Of a stretch of 64,000 nt of DNA, positions 25,246 to 37,522 are shown piece by piece (position 1 is the stretch's first letter; each line of letters starts with the position of its first letter). The stretch comes from Adineta vaga (Eukaryota; Animalia; Rotifera). The stretch covers positions 12,896,001 through 12,960,000 of the forward strand of contig CP075496.1 of assembly GCA_021613535.1 (NCBI GenBank), given 5' to 3'. The translations under genes were made by a program, and so were the position numbers. Under the pieces are notes generated by a model. That model searched no databases and was not told where the DNA came from. It worked only from the letters and a program-made list of their open reading frames with translations.

Positions 25246-27575
25246 ATACATATTTCTATCCAAAATAGATATGTGCTGTACATACTCTCTTCCGTTGTCA
25301 CTTTCTTGCTCGAAAATATGTTTGCATGATCCCCTTTGTGCCTGTGTCTCTGTGTTTCTCTTCTCTTTATTCATCCAAGAACATAAAATTATCAACAAGT
25401 AGAAACTGAACATCTATCCATCTGTATGTATGCATGCATGAGAGACATCGAAATTTACAGTTCAAAAATAACATCGCTATTTTGAGACTGTATGATGTAA
25501 TGAAGAAAAACAAACATATGCTATGCTATATACTTATATTTAATACTATACTAACGAAAGAAAAGGCGGTACAGTAAAAAGATTAATTGTAAAATACAGA
25601 TCAAATTCATATATCCCCGTGAAAATAGAAACTTGTGATGTGTATGTATGTATGTATGTATTTGTTTGCATCCTTTCTATTTGCTTGCTTTCTCATCTAA
25701 CAGTTGACTGTGAAAAGTTTTATACGCATGTTATGATAATGTTGACTAGTAAAGGGAAGAAAAAAGACGAGAACAAATATTGATACTACTGAGCTCGTCT
25801 TTTTTCTTCTTTCAAGAACGAAAAAATTATACATTTTTTGCTTGATTAGAAATCTAGATAGATATAACTAACTAGACAAATTTTTTATTCGATTTTACTC
25901 TTTTCTGTATATTATCCTTTTTTTAGTTCATCTCACGATCTCTATTCAGCATAATTATTCTCATGCTTTTATAATTATATCTTGCTTATACAATTCAATC
26001 CAATTCTTATATTATTACTGCTAATTATTAACGCTTTGGTTTTCTCGTTGAAATCTTAACATTTAGAATCGATCAGCTATCTCACATTTGTCGTTGTTCT
26101 TCTTCTCTTTTTTTGTATAAGAAATTTTTTGTTGTGATCGATTTGTACTATGTACAATTGTGCATTGATTCTTTTTTGCTTCTGTCTTTTGAAAACACAA
26201 CGAATATGTAAATATATTTCGATATGATTAAGTTCGTTTTTCTTGGGAGAATATTGAAGAGGGTTAAAGTTTATTCTCGAAAATAATTCACATTCGTTTT
26301 GTAAAGAAATATAAGATTGCTTGAAGCAGTTTGGTTCTTTTGAAATAGTGTGAAAGAAAAGAAAATGATTTGTCTGATGTTATTTCGTACTCGAATCGAG
26401 ACGAATATGTATATGTCTGCTTTTCTTTCGTTTATAATGATGATCATAGGTGACAGAAGGAGAGAAACAAAGGATAATTCAAGGTTTTATGATATTGAAC
26501 GAAGAAATGGAATATTTACGTCAAGCTTCTTAGTTTAAGAGGACTGTTATGATATAAATTGTCTTGATTAGAATTATTAGATGAAGAAAAACGGTAACCT
26601 TATGAATAAATACTCTATATGTTATATAAAAACGTAATAAATGAGTAAACGATAATAAACATCTTATTCATCGACATTCGATTCAATAAAAAGAAAAAAG
26701 CAATATGAAAACTTCGATCAAATGAAATGAAGTAGAAACTACTTAAAATACATCATAAATGCAACTGATTCATTTATTATAATCGTCCTACCATCTGCAA
26801 ACTTGAAAATAGAGAATTAAAAAAAATGCTTTTTTTTTTAAATATTTCTTATGTTCTATTCTCTATTAGAAAAAAAATAAACATTTGAAATGCAATTATG
26901 AACATTGATAAATAAGATAGAAATATGCGTTTTACTCATTGAATTGACATGATAAATAAGAAAAACAAAACAAAAAAGAAAAATGAAAAAGTTAACTACT
27001 AATCATCTTAATTAATTATCCAATAAGAAATGACTAAGAGAAGAACGAAAACATGAAAAAGAAGAAAATACATATAAGTTAATATGCTGATAATAATACA
27101 CTCCTTTTTTTACAGGACACAAATAGTAAATCTAATAATGAAAATGAATTGAGAAGATTTTGTCCGTATGACAAAAACACACATATGTAGAAGAGAAAGA
27201 GAATTATACAGAAAAGCAAAACAACGGGATTCACACAAGATTTCATTGAATTTTAACTGAGAAAAATCTTTCTTTTCTTTTTCATTGATCAGTAATTGGG
27301 TTTATGAATGCATTTATATACATACTGATTCTTTGAGAAATATTTTCTATGAACAAAAATAAAAAAACAAAAGCAATCATGCTTATAGATATTCTTCAAG
27401 ATTAAATTGTGGAAGATAATCAAATGATTGAAATATATCATTATTATTATCATCAGTTGATTCGGAAGATAAAGGATCAGTTTGAATCGATGAAATTCTA
27501 CGAGCAAGATCAGCATACAATTGAAAATCCTTTTTTTTTCAAATAGAAAATTGAAAAGAAAAATGATATTATTAA

Positions 27576-28359
27576 TCAATCTATTACCCATATGAACATT
27601 TCATCAGCAATTGTTGTATCAGACCATGGTGATGTTGATGATAATGGTGAATCGAATTCATCACTATATCCACTATCTAATTCACAATCATAATCACCGA
27701 TTTCAGCAATATGACTTGATGATGTTGCATAAGATGATGGGGGTGATGGATAAGATGTATGAGATTGTTGACGAGTTTCAGAAATGGTTCTTGATGATGA
27801 AATCATTTCTGAAGAAAATGAGATAGTTGATTGAATAATAAAAAGAAGAAAATAGATCATAGAGTATTACTTGATTTCGTTTGAGTTTTCTTTCGATGGC
27901 CGATAGGACCGATAGACGGCGGTGATTTCGACGAAGAAGTTGTATTAATCATTGCAGAATCATGTCCACGATGATTTGCTAAATCAACAGCTCGAATAGG
28001 TGGAATATTATACCGAGCTAAATGAAATATCAATAATTATAATAATGATTTCATTTGCAAAGAAAATCTAAAATATTACTTGATAAACGACATTCATTAC
28101 AATAAGAATTATTTGCTGATCTCCATGTCGTTGTTGTTGCTGCAAATTCAACTTTAATACATCGTCCCTTTAATGTTATACCATGTGTCGCATCTAATGC
28201 TCGTCGAGCATCTTCAGCATGCAAGAAACGAACAAAACCAAAAGATTCATGAAATTTTGCACATTCTTCTAAGGGTCCAAATTTTGAATACATCACCCAT
28301 AAATCATCTTGAGTAATACGACGTACAAGATTACCAATAAATAGTTTACGATCAGCCAT
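27576..28359 (-). CDS. Single-RRM RNA-binding protein with Ser-rich tail; about 3 exons
   Basis: MADRKLFIGNL (RNP2), SFGFVRF (RNP1), ALDATHGITLKGRCIKVEFA; tail ends SSTSPWSDTTIADEMFIWVID*. Confidence 0.85.
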
Positions 28360-29831
28360 CGATTTCAATGAATAATATGATAATAGTGTTTGAGAAAACT
28401 TTTCTATCGTGATCAATACCGCCGACAAAAGAAGGGAATGACTGATATAACTGATTTGAAATTTTCCGTCGACACGTTACGTCCACACCTCTCTCTCTCT
28501 CTCTTTCGTTCTTTTGATAATCCTGTCTATTCATTACATATGGTACGCGATCAGACGAAAACGAATAATGACTAGAAATTCCCTGAAAATAAGTGACGGA
28601 CATTTCGAAGTGATTGTTTTTAAACCGCCAAGAAGTGAACGAATGAGATTCTTTTTCTTTATTTATGTGAAAATTAATACACATTTAGTTATCATGACAA
28701 ATTGTATGTACAATCATTAAAAAACAACAGAAATCTAATTTCTAACGATTATATAACATACACATTTTCGAGTTAAATAGTTTCTATCACATAATATTAT
28801 CATCGATTGATGTAATTATAGTTCCGATGCTTTCTAAGTCATTTTTATAGTTCATATTAGAAGTAAATTTTAATAAAATACTCAAATAACAGACAATCCA
28901 TCAAATTTTTCTAAGTTTAACCTTTGACTTAAATAAAACATGTCTTTAAAGAGACGAGGAATATATAATTTATCACTTGAGATGACAATATGCTCATTTT
29001 CACTTCTATACACTTTCTTTTAGAATAGAATAAAGAAAAAAGAGCTATATTCATTGACCGTGTACTTTCCGGCGCACGTCGTTCTCCTAAAGGAAACCAA
29101 TTTATGAATTTTCATGGTCGATATATAATATATTATTTAAAATTGAACTTTTTCTCTTCTGTCATGAAATTCCTTCGAAGAAGAAATCCGCATGTTCGAA
29201 ATCATAGATAAATAACATCTTAATGGCAAACTGAAAATGGATCATTTATATTTTAACTTATTTGAAGAGAATATACAATATATGAGTTTTGTTAACGATT
29301 AGATTTCATTGAATCATCTCTCTTTTCATGTTAATGTCTTGTCGTTAGTCAATTAATTTCTAAATATCATATATCTGATCTTTAGAAAAACTACTGTCCG
29401 AAAAGACATACAATATTTTATGAACGAGGTATAAACTTTTCTTTATATTAATTCATATGAAGAAAATAGAAAGTAGGGGAATTTAGTTTTAACAGTTGAA
29501 TAAATGTTTTATATTTTATGATGAGAAAAGCTAGTCTTATTTTAATTTCATTTTGTCTCTTGGATTAGATTTCTTCTTTCTTCGTGTGACTTATAGAGTA
29601 GTATTAGTAATTCTCGTCGACAGAAAATGAGACGATGAGAAAATTACGTGATATGATTATAAAAAAGCATGAAGAAGCGAAGAGAAAAAGAGAGTGAATA
29701 AGAGAAAATGAGGGTTTGGGACATTGATGCCATGAAGAGGAAAAAAAGTGAGAAAAGAGAAAGAGAATATATGTATATAAGAGAGAAATGACTTCATTTG
29801 CTCAGTTTAAGAAACAAGAAGTAGAAGCAAT

Positions 29832-30495
29832 ATGTCGCTGGCTTTACATGGACATCATGTATTATTAATTGCAACTTTAGCATTTATTACAGCTGTGCTG
29901 ACACCAAATTGGTACACTAGTTCAAATCAACCCACATTAGTCATCAACATTTTTCAGATATGTAACAATTCATTAATACCTAATCCATGTTCATGGACTT
30001 ATAAATTTCTTTCCGAAAATTCATCTTTCGTATCAAGTAAATCCAAGGAAAATTTTTCTCATTCGTAAAACTCATTTTTCTTTATTTTAGTCAATCTAAT
30101 CTATCCAATCTTGCTTTCGTCACTTGCAATTGGCTGTGTTTTGATTAGTCTAATCAGTCTTTTCCTTAGTTCATGGTATTTACATCGACATACACCTGAA
30201 CGTGAAATCTATCTGGTTACTCATATTAACAATATTAACGACTCTTACAAGCTGTATGTTGAAATGAATTTCTTTTTACATTCGATAACGATCCATTTTT
30301 TTTCTTTTCTTGTTAGTTTTACTTTCTTGTGCTGTTTGGACAATAATGTTAACAACAAATTTACAACAAGATACTTTCGGAACACACGATATTCGTCTAA
30401 AAGAATTTGGCTTTTCATTTTGGATCAACATTGGATCATCTGCTGTGTATTTATATACACTTATCATCTACTTGATTGCTGTTTGCAAAGGCTGA
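29832..30495 (+). CDS. Claudin/PMP22-like four-transmembrane protein (paralog 2); 3 exons
   Basis: TM1-LTPNW, NIFQIC..PC, further TM helices and FGFSFWINIG. Confidence 0.7.
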
Positions 30496-30666
30496 TGTAT
30501 GATCTAACATTCATCTACAATACAAATATCCGTCCGATGACAAAACTACAAAGAGAAATAAGTTCAATTTTCGAGAATTTTAATGAGAAAGAAAAAAAGG
30601 ATGAATGTTGTGAAATAATCTAATCATATAGAAATAAAAAGCAGAATAAAACCAAAAAGAGAGATT

Positions 30667-31480
30667 TTAAAATCGATTTCGCAGACGATCAAGACGCGTT
30701 TGCATTGTCTTATCACGTCGACATAATACACAAAATGATCCAAACATCGTTGTAAATGAAAATAAATAACCCATAGTTGAAAGAATTGCTATCCACATTG
30801 GCCATTTATATTCACGATTATCAATAACAGTACCAAGACCAAGCGTTTCGGATAGAAGTAAAATCCAGACAGAAAGTGAACATCCAACTATTGAAATAGA
30901 AAATCATATTTGAAGACAAAAGATCAATGAAATTTTGTTTTTCTTACGAATGACGAAAAGTAAAAGACACATAGAAAGTAAATACCATAAATGTTGATCA
31001 CTACGTCGACGATATTGAAGATAAATACCTGATAAAGTTAAAATAATAAGACTTAATATGATGCATATCATTGCCATTGATGCAGCGCCTAGAGCAAACC
31101 CTATTTGAATAAGAAGAAAAAAGACAACAATCATTTATCTTTATCAATCAATAAGTTGTCAACGATTTAATTTAAACATATTTATCTTTATATTGAATAT
31201 TTGACAGATATATTAAAAGAAAGAAAAAAAAACAAAACTTACCATGTATCCATCTGTCTGGTTCCGTGGATGCACTCTGATGAATCATCGATACACATCG
31301 TGATGTTTCGTGTGTTTCATTACTTGAAATGACATAACAGATGAAGAATAGTCCTCGTTGAACGATTATATTCCCACCGGATTCTAATTTTGTAAAAGTT
31401 AACCAATTGGGAGATAATGCCGCGAGAAAAAAAAGAAAACTAGATGGCAAAAGTGATAAAAAACTGACCAGAAAGAACAT
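30667..31480 (-). CDS. Claudin/PMP22-like four-transmembrane protein (paralog 3); 3 exons
   Basis: LAALSPNW..RGLFFIC..RC (W-GLW-C-C-like signature), TM2-TM4, YKWPMWIAIL; ends LDRLRNRF*. Confidence 0.75.
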
Positions 31481-32590
31481 AATAGTTATTCCCTTAGAAT
31501 TACAAACTTTAATTGTTAATGATAATACGTATCTATGTATTCAATATTTTAAAGAATAGGAAAAAATTTCTATTGAATGTAAGATGTTTCTTCAAATAGA
31601 GTAGACATGAAATGAACCCATCAATTTTATTCTATTTTCCTCTTTCGTTGTCTCTCTAACATATTCGACATTATTTTTTTCTTCTTCTATGAAGGGCAGT
31701 TTAGCAAATTAGAAACAATCAATTATTAGATGAATCAAAGGAAAAGAAACCTTTGCTTGTCTATTCGAATGTATTGTTGATCAACCTTCAAATATGTTCA
31801 TGAAATTGAATAAGTATATTTGCACTCAATACATCGATTTTAAGGACATAGTTAGATACTATTCTCAAAAACAATTATCATTGGAGAATTCAGACACATT
31901 GTTAAGAACATATTTTCAATGGAATTCAAATGTAAATCATTAAATAATTCTCATTATTAATAGAGAAATCTCTGGAATGTATCGATATAAAGAATGGGAT
32001 TATCGCACAAAAACAAAAGATATTATGATTTCGAATTCTGTTGAAAAGCAAAGGACTGAAATCTTACGGATGAAAAAGACAAGGTTATTTCTTTCATTTT
32101 GCTTTCTCACGTTTAAACGTAGACAATACATATGACCTTTGAAATTCTTCTCTTTTTTTTGTCACAGTCTGCGTTGAAGTCTCATCCACAACTTCGTCAC
32201 GGTCAGCTATGATCAAGACGAAGGTACATTTTATGGTCGATGCTGATATATTGTCAAAGGTTAATGGTCTACAACAATCGTAAGATGTTGAAAAATCGAA
32301 TTCGAATAAAAAAACAATGAATTAGATAGGAACTGTCATAAATTCTTTGATTGAAATCTTTTGAAAGAACTTGTTAAAAAGTAGAATCGATTATGTTCGC
32401 TGAACAGAAATATTTGACTAATCCCTCGATAGAATACTACTATACGATCGATCGACGAAAATAATCATCGAACTATGTATAATATATGTACTTATTCTCT
32501 TTTAAATTTCTATATAAATACCCTGGTTATCGACATTAGCTTTTCTTTTGGTTAGTTCGTGTTCGTTAAACATAGTCGACAGATTTCAAA

Positions 32591-34139
32591 ATGTTTTTTA
32601 ATCATCGATATTTAAACTTTTGTTCATTTCTTCTAATCACAATTGTAAGTTTACTATTTTCAATAATAATAATAATAATAATAATAAATCATTGTTCTAC
32701 TTAGTATTTATCATCATCGACAGCTACATTCTGTAGTAATTTAACATCAATTAATGATAAAGATACACCTTGTTTTCTTGAAACATCAACACCTCATCCA
32801 GCTCGTTTACGTTCATCAAGTAGTAATTTAATTTTACCTTGTCATGTTGCTCGTTCAAAACGTAAGATAAACAAAATTCAATGTATACATATTGAAATCT
32901 TATCTTTATATTCCTATTCGAATTAGGTTCAACTGTTGAATGGTGGTATCAAGATTTTCAAAAGAAAATTAATATTAAAATCTATCCTGTTTATCCTGCT
33001 GTTCGTCCAACAGTCGTTCGTTTCTTAACAACCGATCCATTATCACTCAATGTTAATGAAACCGATATAATTGATGTTTCAATTCTTTTACGAAATGTTG
33101 ATATTGATGATAGTGGAATCTATCGATGTGTTGTTCGTCCATGGACAGATGATTCTGTTACAAGTATTGATGATATTCTTTCAGAAAACGATGAATTATT
33201 ACCAAAACTTACCTATCATGTTGAATTATCAAGTTTGTGGAAAAATGTTCGAAAGAAGAATCGTATATCTATTGTCTTCTTGAATAGGTCCTCGTCTTTG
33301 TCAAACAAATCTCGAACGTTTTCCATGTTTTCAAGATACACGCACAAGTTCACCAACAATTGTCAATGCTTATCATTCCGCATTTCTTCAATGTATTGTT
33401 CCATATGAAAATTGTAATGTTATTTTTACTTCAATTTGAAATATCGAATTTGATTTTATATTTTTAGTAAATGCCTTTTGGGTTGTTGGTAATGAAACAG
33501 GAAATCATGCAGTTATTATTGATTATCTTACAAAAAATCAATACAATGGTGACCAATTACGTCGTGTTTTTCCTCTTTCACTTTATGATTATTCAATTGA
33601 ATTAAATATTGATCAAGATACATATGAACGAACATATTCGTGTGTTATTGATAAATATGGAGAATATGAAGCGACACTTTTTACTTATATCGTTCGTTCA
33701 ATCAGTAAGTTTAATGAATTGATTTGATTTGTTGTTTTTATCTCGACATTTCATATAGATCCTGAAGGCATTTCTGACAAGACAATCAAAATTACAAACA
33801 ATGAAACGACAACCAGTACATCGAAAACAGAAAAATCTTCAATCAATCTCCAAGAAATTCTTTCACATGATCTTTTAACTCGTGAACAAATTGAAAACTT
33901 ACGTACAAAAAGTTCACATGCCCATGGTAAAGCAAAGAATATCCGTCTATGATTTGTAAAGTTTCATTTGGAATTTCTTAGATAAACTCAAAACTGAAAA
34001 ATCAGATCTCGAAAATTTCAAAACCATCGAAACTCGCGCCGAAGATAATGAAACTGAGGATTCAGTAAGAATTTATTCTATAGTTATTCTCTAATAATTC
34101 ATTTCTTTTCCTTTTTAGGAACAAGACGAATCAGAATAA
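32591..34139 (+). CDS. Secreted immunoglobulin-domain protein (two Ig-like domains, acidic tail); multi-exon
   Basis: Hydrophobic N-terminus; LILPCHV..VEWWYQ..ILLRNVDIDDSGIYRCVV (V-set motif); second domain AFLQCIV..AFWV..YSIEL..TYSCVI; no TM segment seen. Confidence 0.7.
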
Positions 34140-37100
34140 GAATTGAGAAAAATCAACTGTTTTCATTTTATTTAGATACTTTTTCATTTTATATAAACGT
34201 GTATAACTTCAGATCAATAAACTACGCCGGCGTTTTTTCTTATTCTCGATATTGATCAATAGAATTTCATCAGACATGATTATGAAATCGAACGATCATT
34301 CATTTCATCTGTCATTTTTCTTAAGGTTAAGAATTTGAATAAGAATGCATCAATTCCTAGATCTTTCGAAGCACATCGATTTCCTCTCGTAGATGAGTAC
34401 TTTTCTAAGTCGTTGAGAAATCTCATTTGCATCTTGCTCGTTCACATACAAACAAATACAAGAAAACATCAAGATAGCCTTTTTCATCAATCTCACTTAA
34501 GTATTTTTTTATGTTTCTTTTTTTGTTGTCATTTGTTCAATTCCCTAAATATAACAAAGATCAGTCATTGTTGGAGATGATTAGCATTCATAGAACGCCC
34601 ATATACCTTTCCTTATTATCCATGAAGAAGAAATCTGTGCTTTTCATTGTATTCATTAAAGTACTTTGATCACGTTTTTCTCTTTTGCTTTCGTGCCTAG
34701 GTGATCGTGTGTAAGTATGCAGGAATTAATCTCAAAGGAGTTTTCTCTCTCTCTATCTATCTTTCTTTGACTTTTTGTTATATTCTATTAGCCTTTCTAT
34801 TTCTAGTTCACATACTTTGCTTTGTGAAGCAAAAAGTAAAGTAAATCTTTTGTTAGGAATACTTCTTTATGATTGGAAAACGATTGATTCATGTAAGTCA
34901 GACGGTTATATACGTCTGTGTGTATGTGTGTGTGTGTGTTTTTCTCTATTTGTTTAAAATAGAGAAACAGAAGGAAAGACGCAAGATTAATGAAGTATTG
35001 AATAGGAAATGAAAGTTAAATTTTATAAGAAAATTCTTAATGTTATATCAATAAGTTAATGTTTGACAACAGAGTAGACTTTCATTTTCTTTATGAAAAA
35101 AAAGCAGAAATGAATCAGCAATCATTGATTGAGTAGCGTTTTCTGATGTGTAATGTGGATAGATCTAATTGCATTTTCATCTTCTCATTGTTCATTTCCT
35201 TCGTTTTTATTATTTAACGTCAAAAGATTATCGACTCAGAATCAACGTTTTCTTAGCCTTAATTTTATTGACATGACATTTGATCAACAAGTTCTGATTG
35301 CGAAAAGGAAGAAAAAATAAAGTCGATAGTAATCAAAGAAAGAAAGTGACGAACTAGTTATGACATTAAAAAAAACAACCATATTGATTGATAATTACTC
35401 TTCTAACTGATGCTTTTCAATCGAAGAAAACGTAGAAAATTTGTTCATGTAGAAAAATTCTCTTAAGAACACAAGTTAATTTATTTTATGCATCAGTACA
35501 AATACATCAATATTCACGAACTAATGTCACTAGAAAAGCATTTAGACCTTGATATGTTGATTATTTTTTTCAAGATTACATCGTTTGCTCTTTACTTTTG
35601 TTTGAAGAGAAGAAGACAACATCAAGATACTAGATGTGACTTACAGTCAATAGCATCAAGCAAGAAATATATATATATATACGTAGACAGAGAATAAAAG
35701 AGAGAAAAACGACTTCCGTTTTATGTTCTGTCTTCGACGTGTGTTTATATCTATTAGTTAGTCGTCTTTTTCTTCTGTCCCAGTTTTTCTAATAGTCTGT
35801 TATTGTGTGCGTGTATGTGTGTTCATGACAGTTGTTCATGAACGTGTGCATTGATGAATGGCTATCAGCGAACATACAAACTTGATTCTGTCATGCATAG
35901 TTCCGAAATTGATACTGACGAGCAAATAACTACTTACAATTGCATGTGCAATAACTTCTTCTTATTTTTTTACGCATTGAAAGATTTACATAATACGAAG
36001 TTTATGATAATTTCAGCAAAAAAATGTAATTGATCATTTCTTTTATTTCTAATGTTATCTTATTGTTCACCAAAATCGTGTGAATATTTCATAATCGAAC
36101 AGTTGTCTACTATTTTATATATATATATATATATTCTTTTTTGTTGAGTATATGAGAGTACGAATAGCAAAATAGAAAGAGAATTGTCAATAGAAAATTA
36201 AGTATGTTTCAAAAAGTAATTGTTTCCTCTGTTTTTTATTTTCTTTTCTCTTTCATCATTATTTGCTGATACAAACCTTCTTCTTATTTTTAATCCTCAA
36301 AGATAAAGTAAAACAAACTCATAACAACTGATATTAATTTCAATTCAAATATACTCATTTTTTAATGAGAGTTTTCTGATGAATATTTACTAATTAAATT
36401 GAATTATTGGCTCTTTCGGTGTTGTTTTTTGCACTATTTATCAGATTGATTCTCAATATGTAACATAATAAAAGAACTTAATCCAATCTAAGAAAAACAT
36501 TCATAGATTAGAAGATCTTCTGCTCTTATTCGAACAAGTCTCTTCAATGAACAACTACTTTGATGTCGAAAGGTCTCTCATTTCTTTCCAATGACGATTA
36601 CTTTAATTGACTCTGTCTTTTTTCTCTGTTCTTTTCTATTCTTATTTTCCTTTAAAAAAATTCCACGTCACGAACATTCTCTTTTCTTTTTGCTATTCTG
36701 CTAGTATTCTTTGAAAGCTGTCTTATTATTTGCATTGCTTCATTATCCATCTCTTTCGCTCTCTATCGATCTCATTGTTCTTCACAATATAACGGTTTCC
36801 AAGTTCGGAACCATACTATTATTCTCGCCATTATGGTTAGTCAACGACGAGACACTATCGATAAGAATACTGTCAAGTTGCATGTGTATATATAAATATG
36901 TGCGTGCTTGAAAAATGCTAACTTGCACTCTGCCTATCAACTGTAGGGAAGTGCATTGAGATATAGACATGAAGAGAAAGAGAGAGAGAGAGAGAGAGGG
37001 GAGAAGAAAGAATGCCTATAGTCAATATAATTAAAACGAAATGAGTGAAAATACTGAGCATAAGAAAAAGCCGAGGGAAAGACAACGAGCAGAAACACAA

Positions 37101-37522
37101 CATAAGTTCTTAGAAGACATACTTAATATGTCGAAGCATGAAGTTCTTGATCATATAGAAAGAAAATGACAGATCATTTTCTTGCTTATTTATTATTGAT
37201 AATCACATAGTTCCAAACTTGAACTATTCCGATGCACGTACCAGAATAGTTATATTATATTACTAGTCATAATTCTACGATAGAAATCAAGGAGAAAAAA
37301 CATAACTCTGACAAATCGTCGTCGTCGTCGTCGTCGTTTTTTCTCTCTATCAACAGTTCATTCTCATTGTGTTTATTAGAACTATCAAACCGGTAGTTCA
37401 TAGATGTTGTTACTGCATGTTAATAATCTCGTTTCTATTTGTGTATAAGAACAAGAGAGAGAGACTTTTCTTATTCTTTTATGTGTACGTTTGTTTTTTA
37501 GTATTAAAATTTCAAATTCTCA

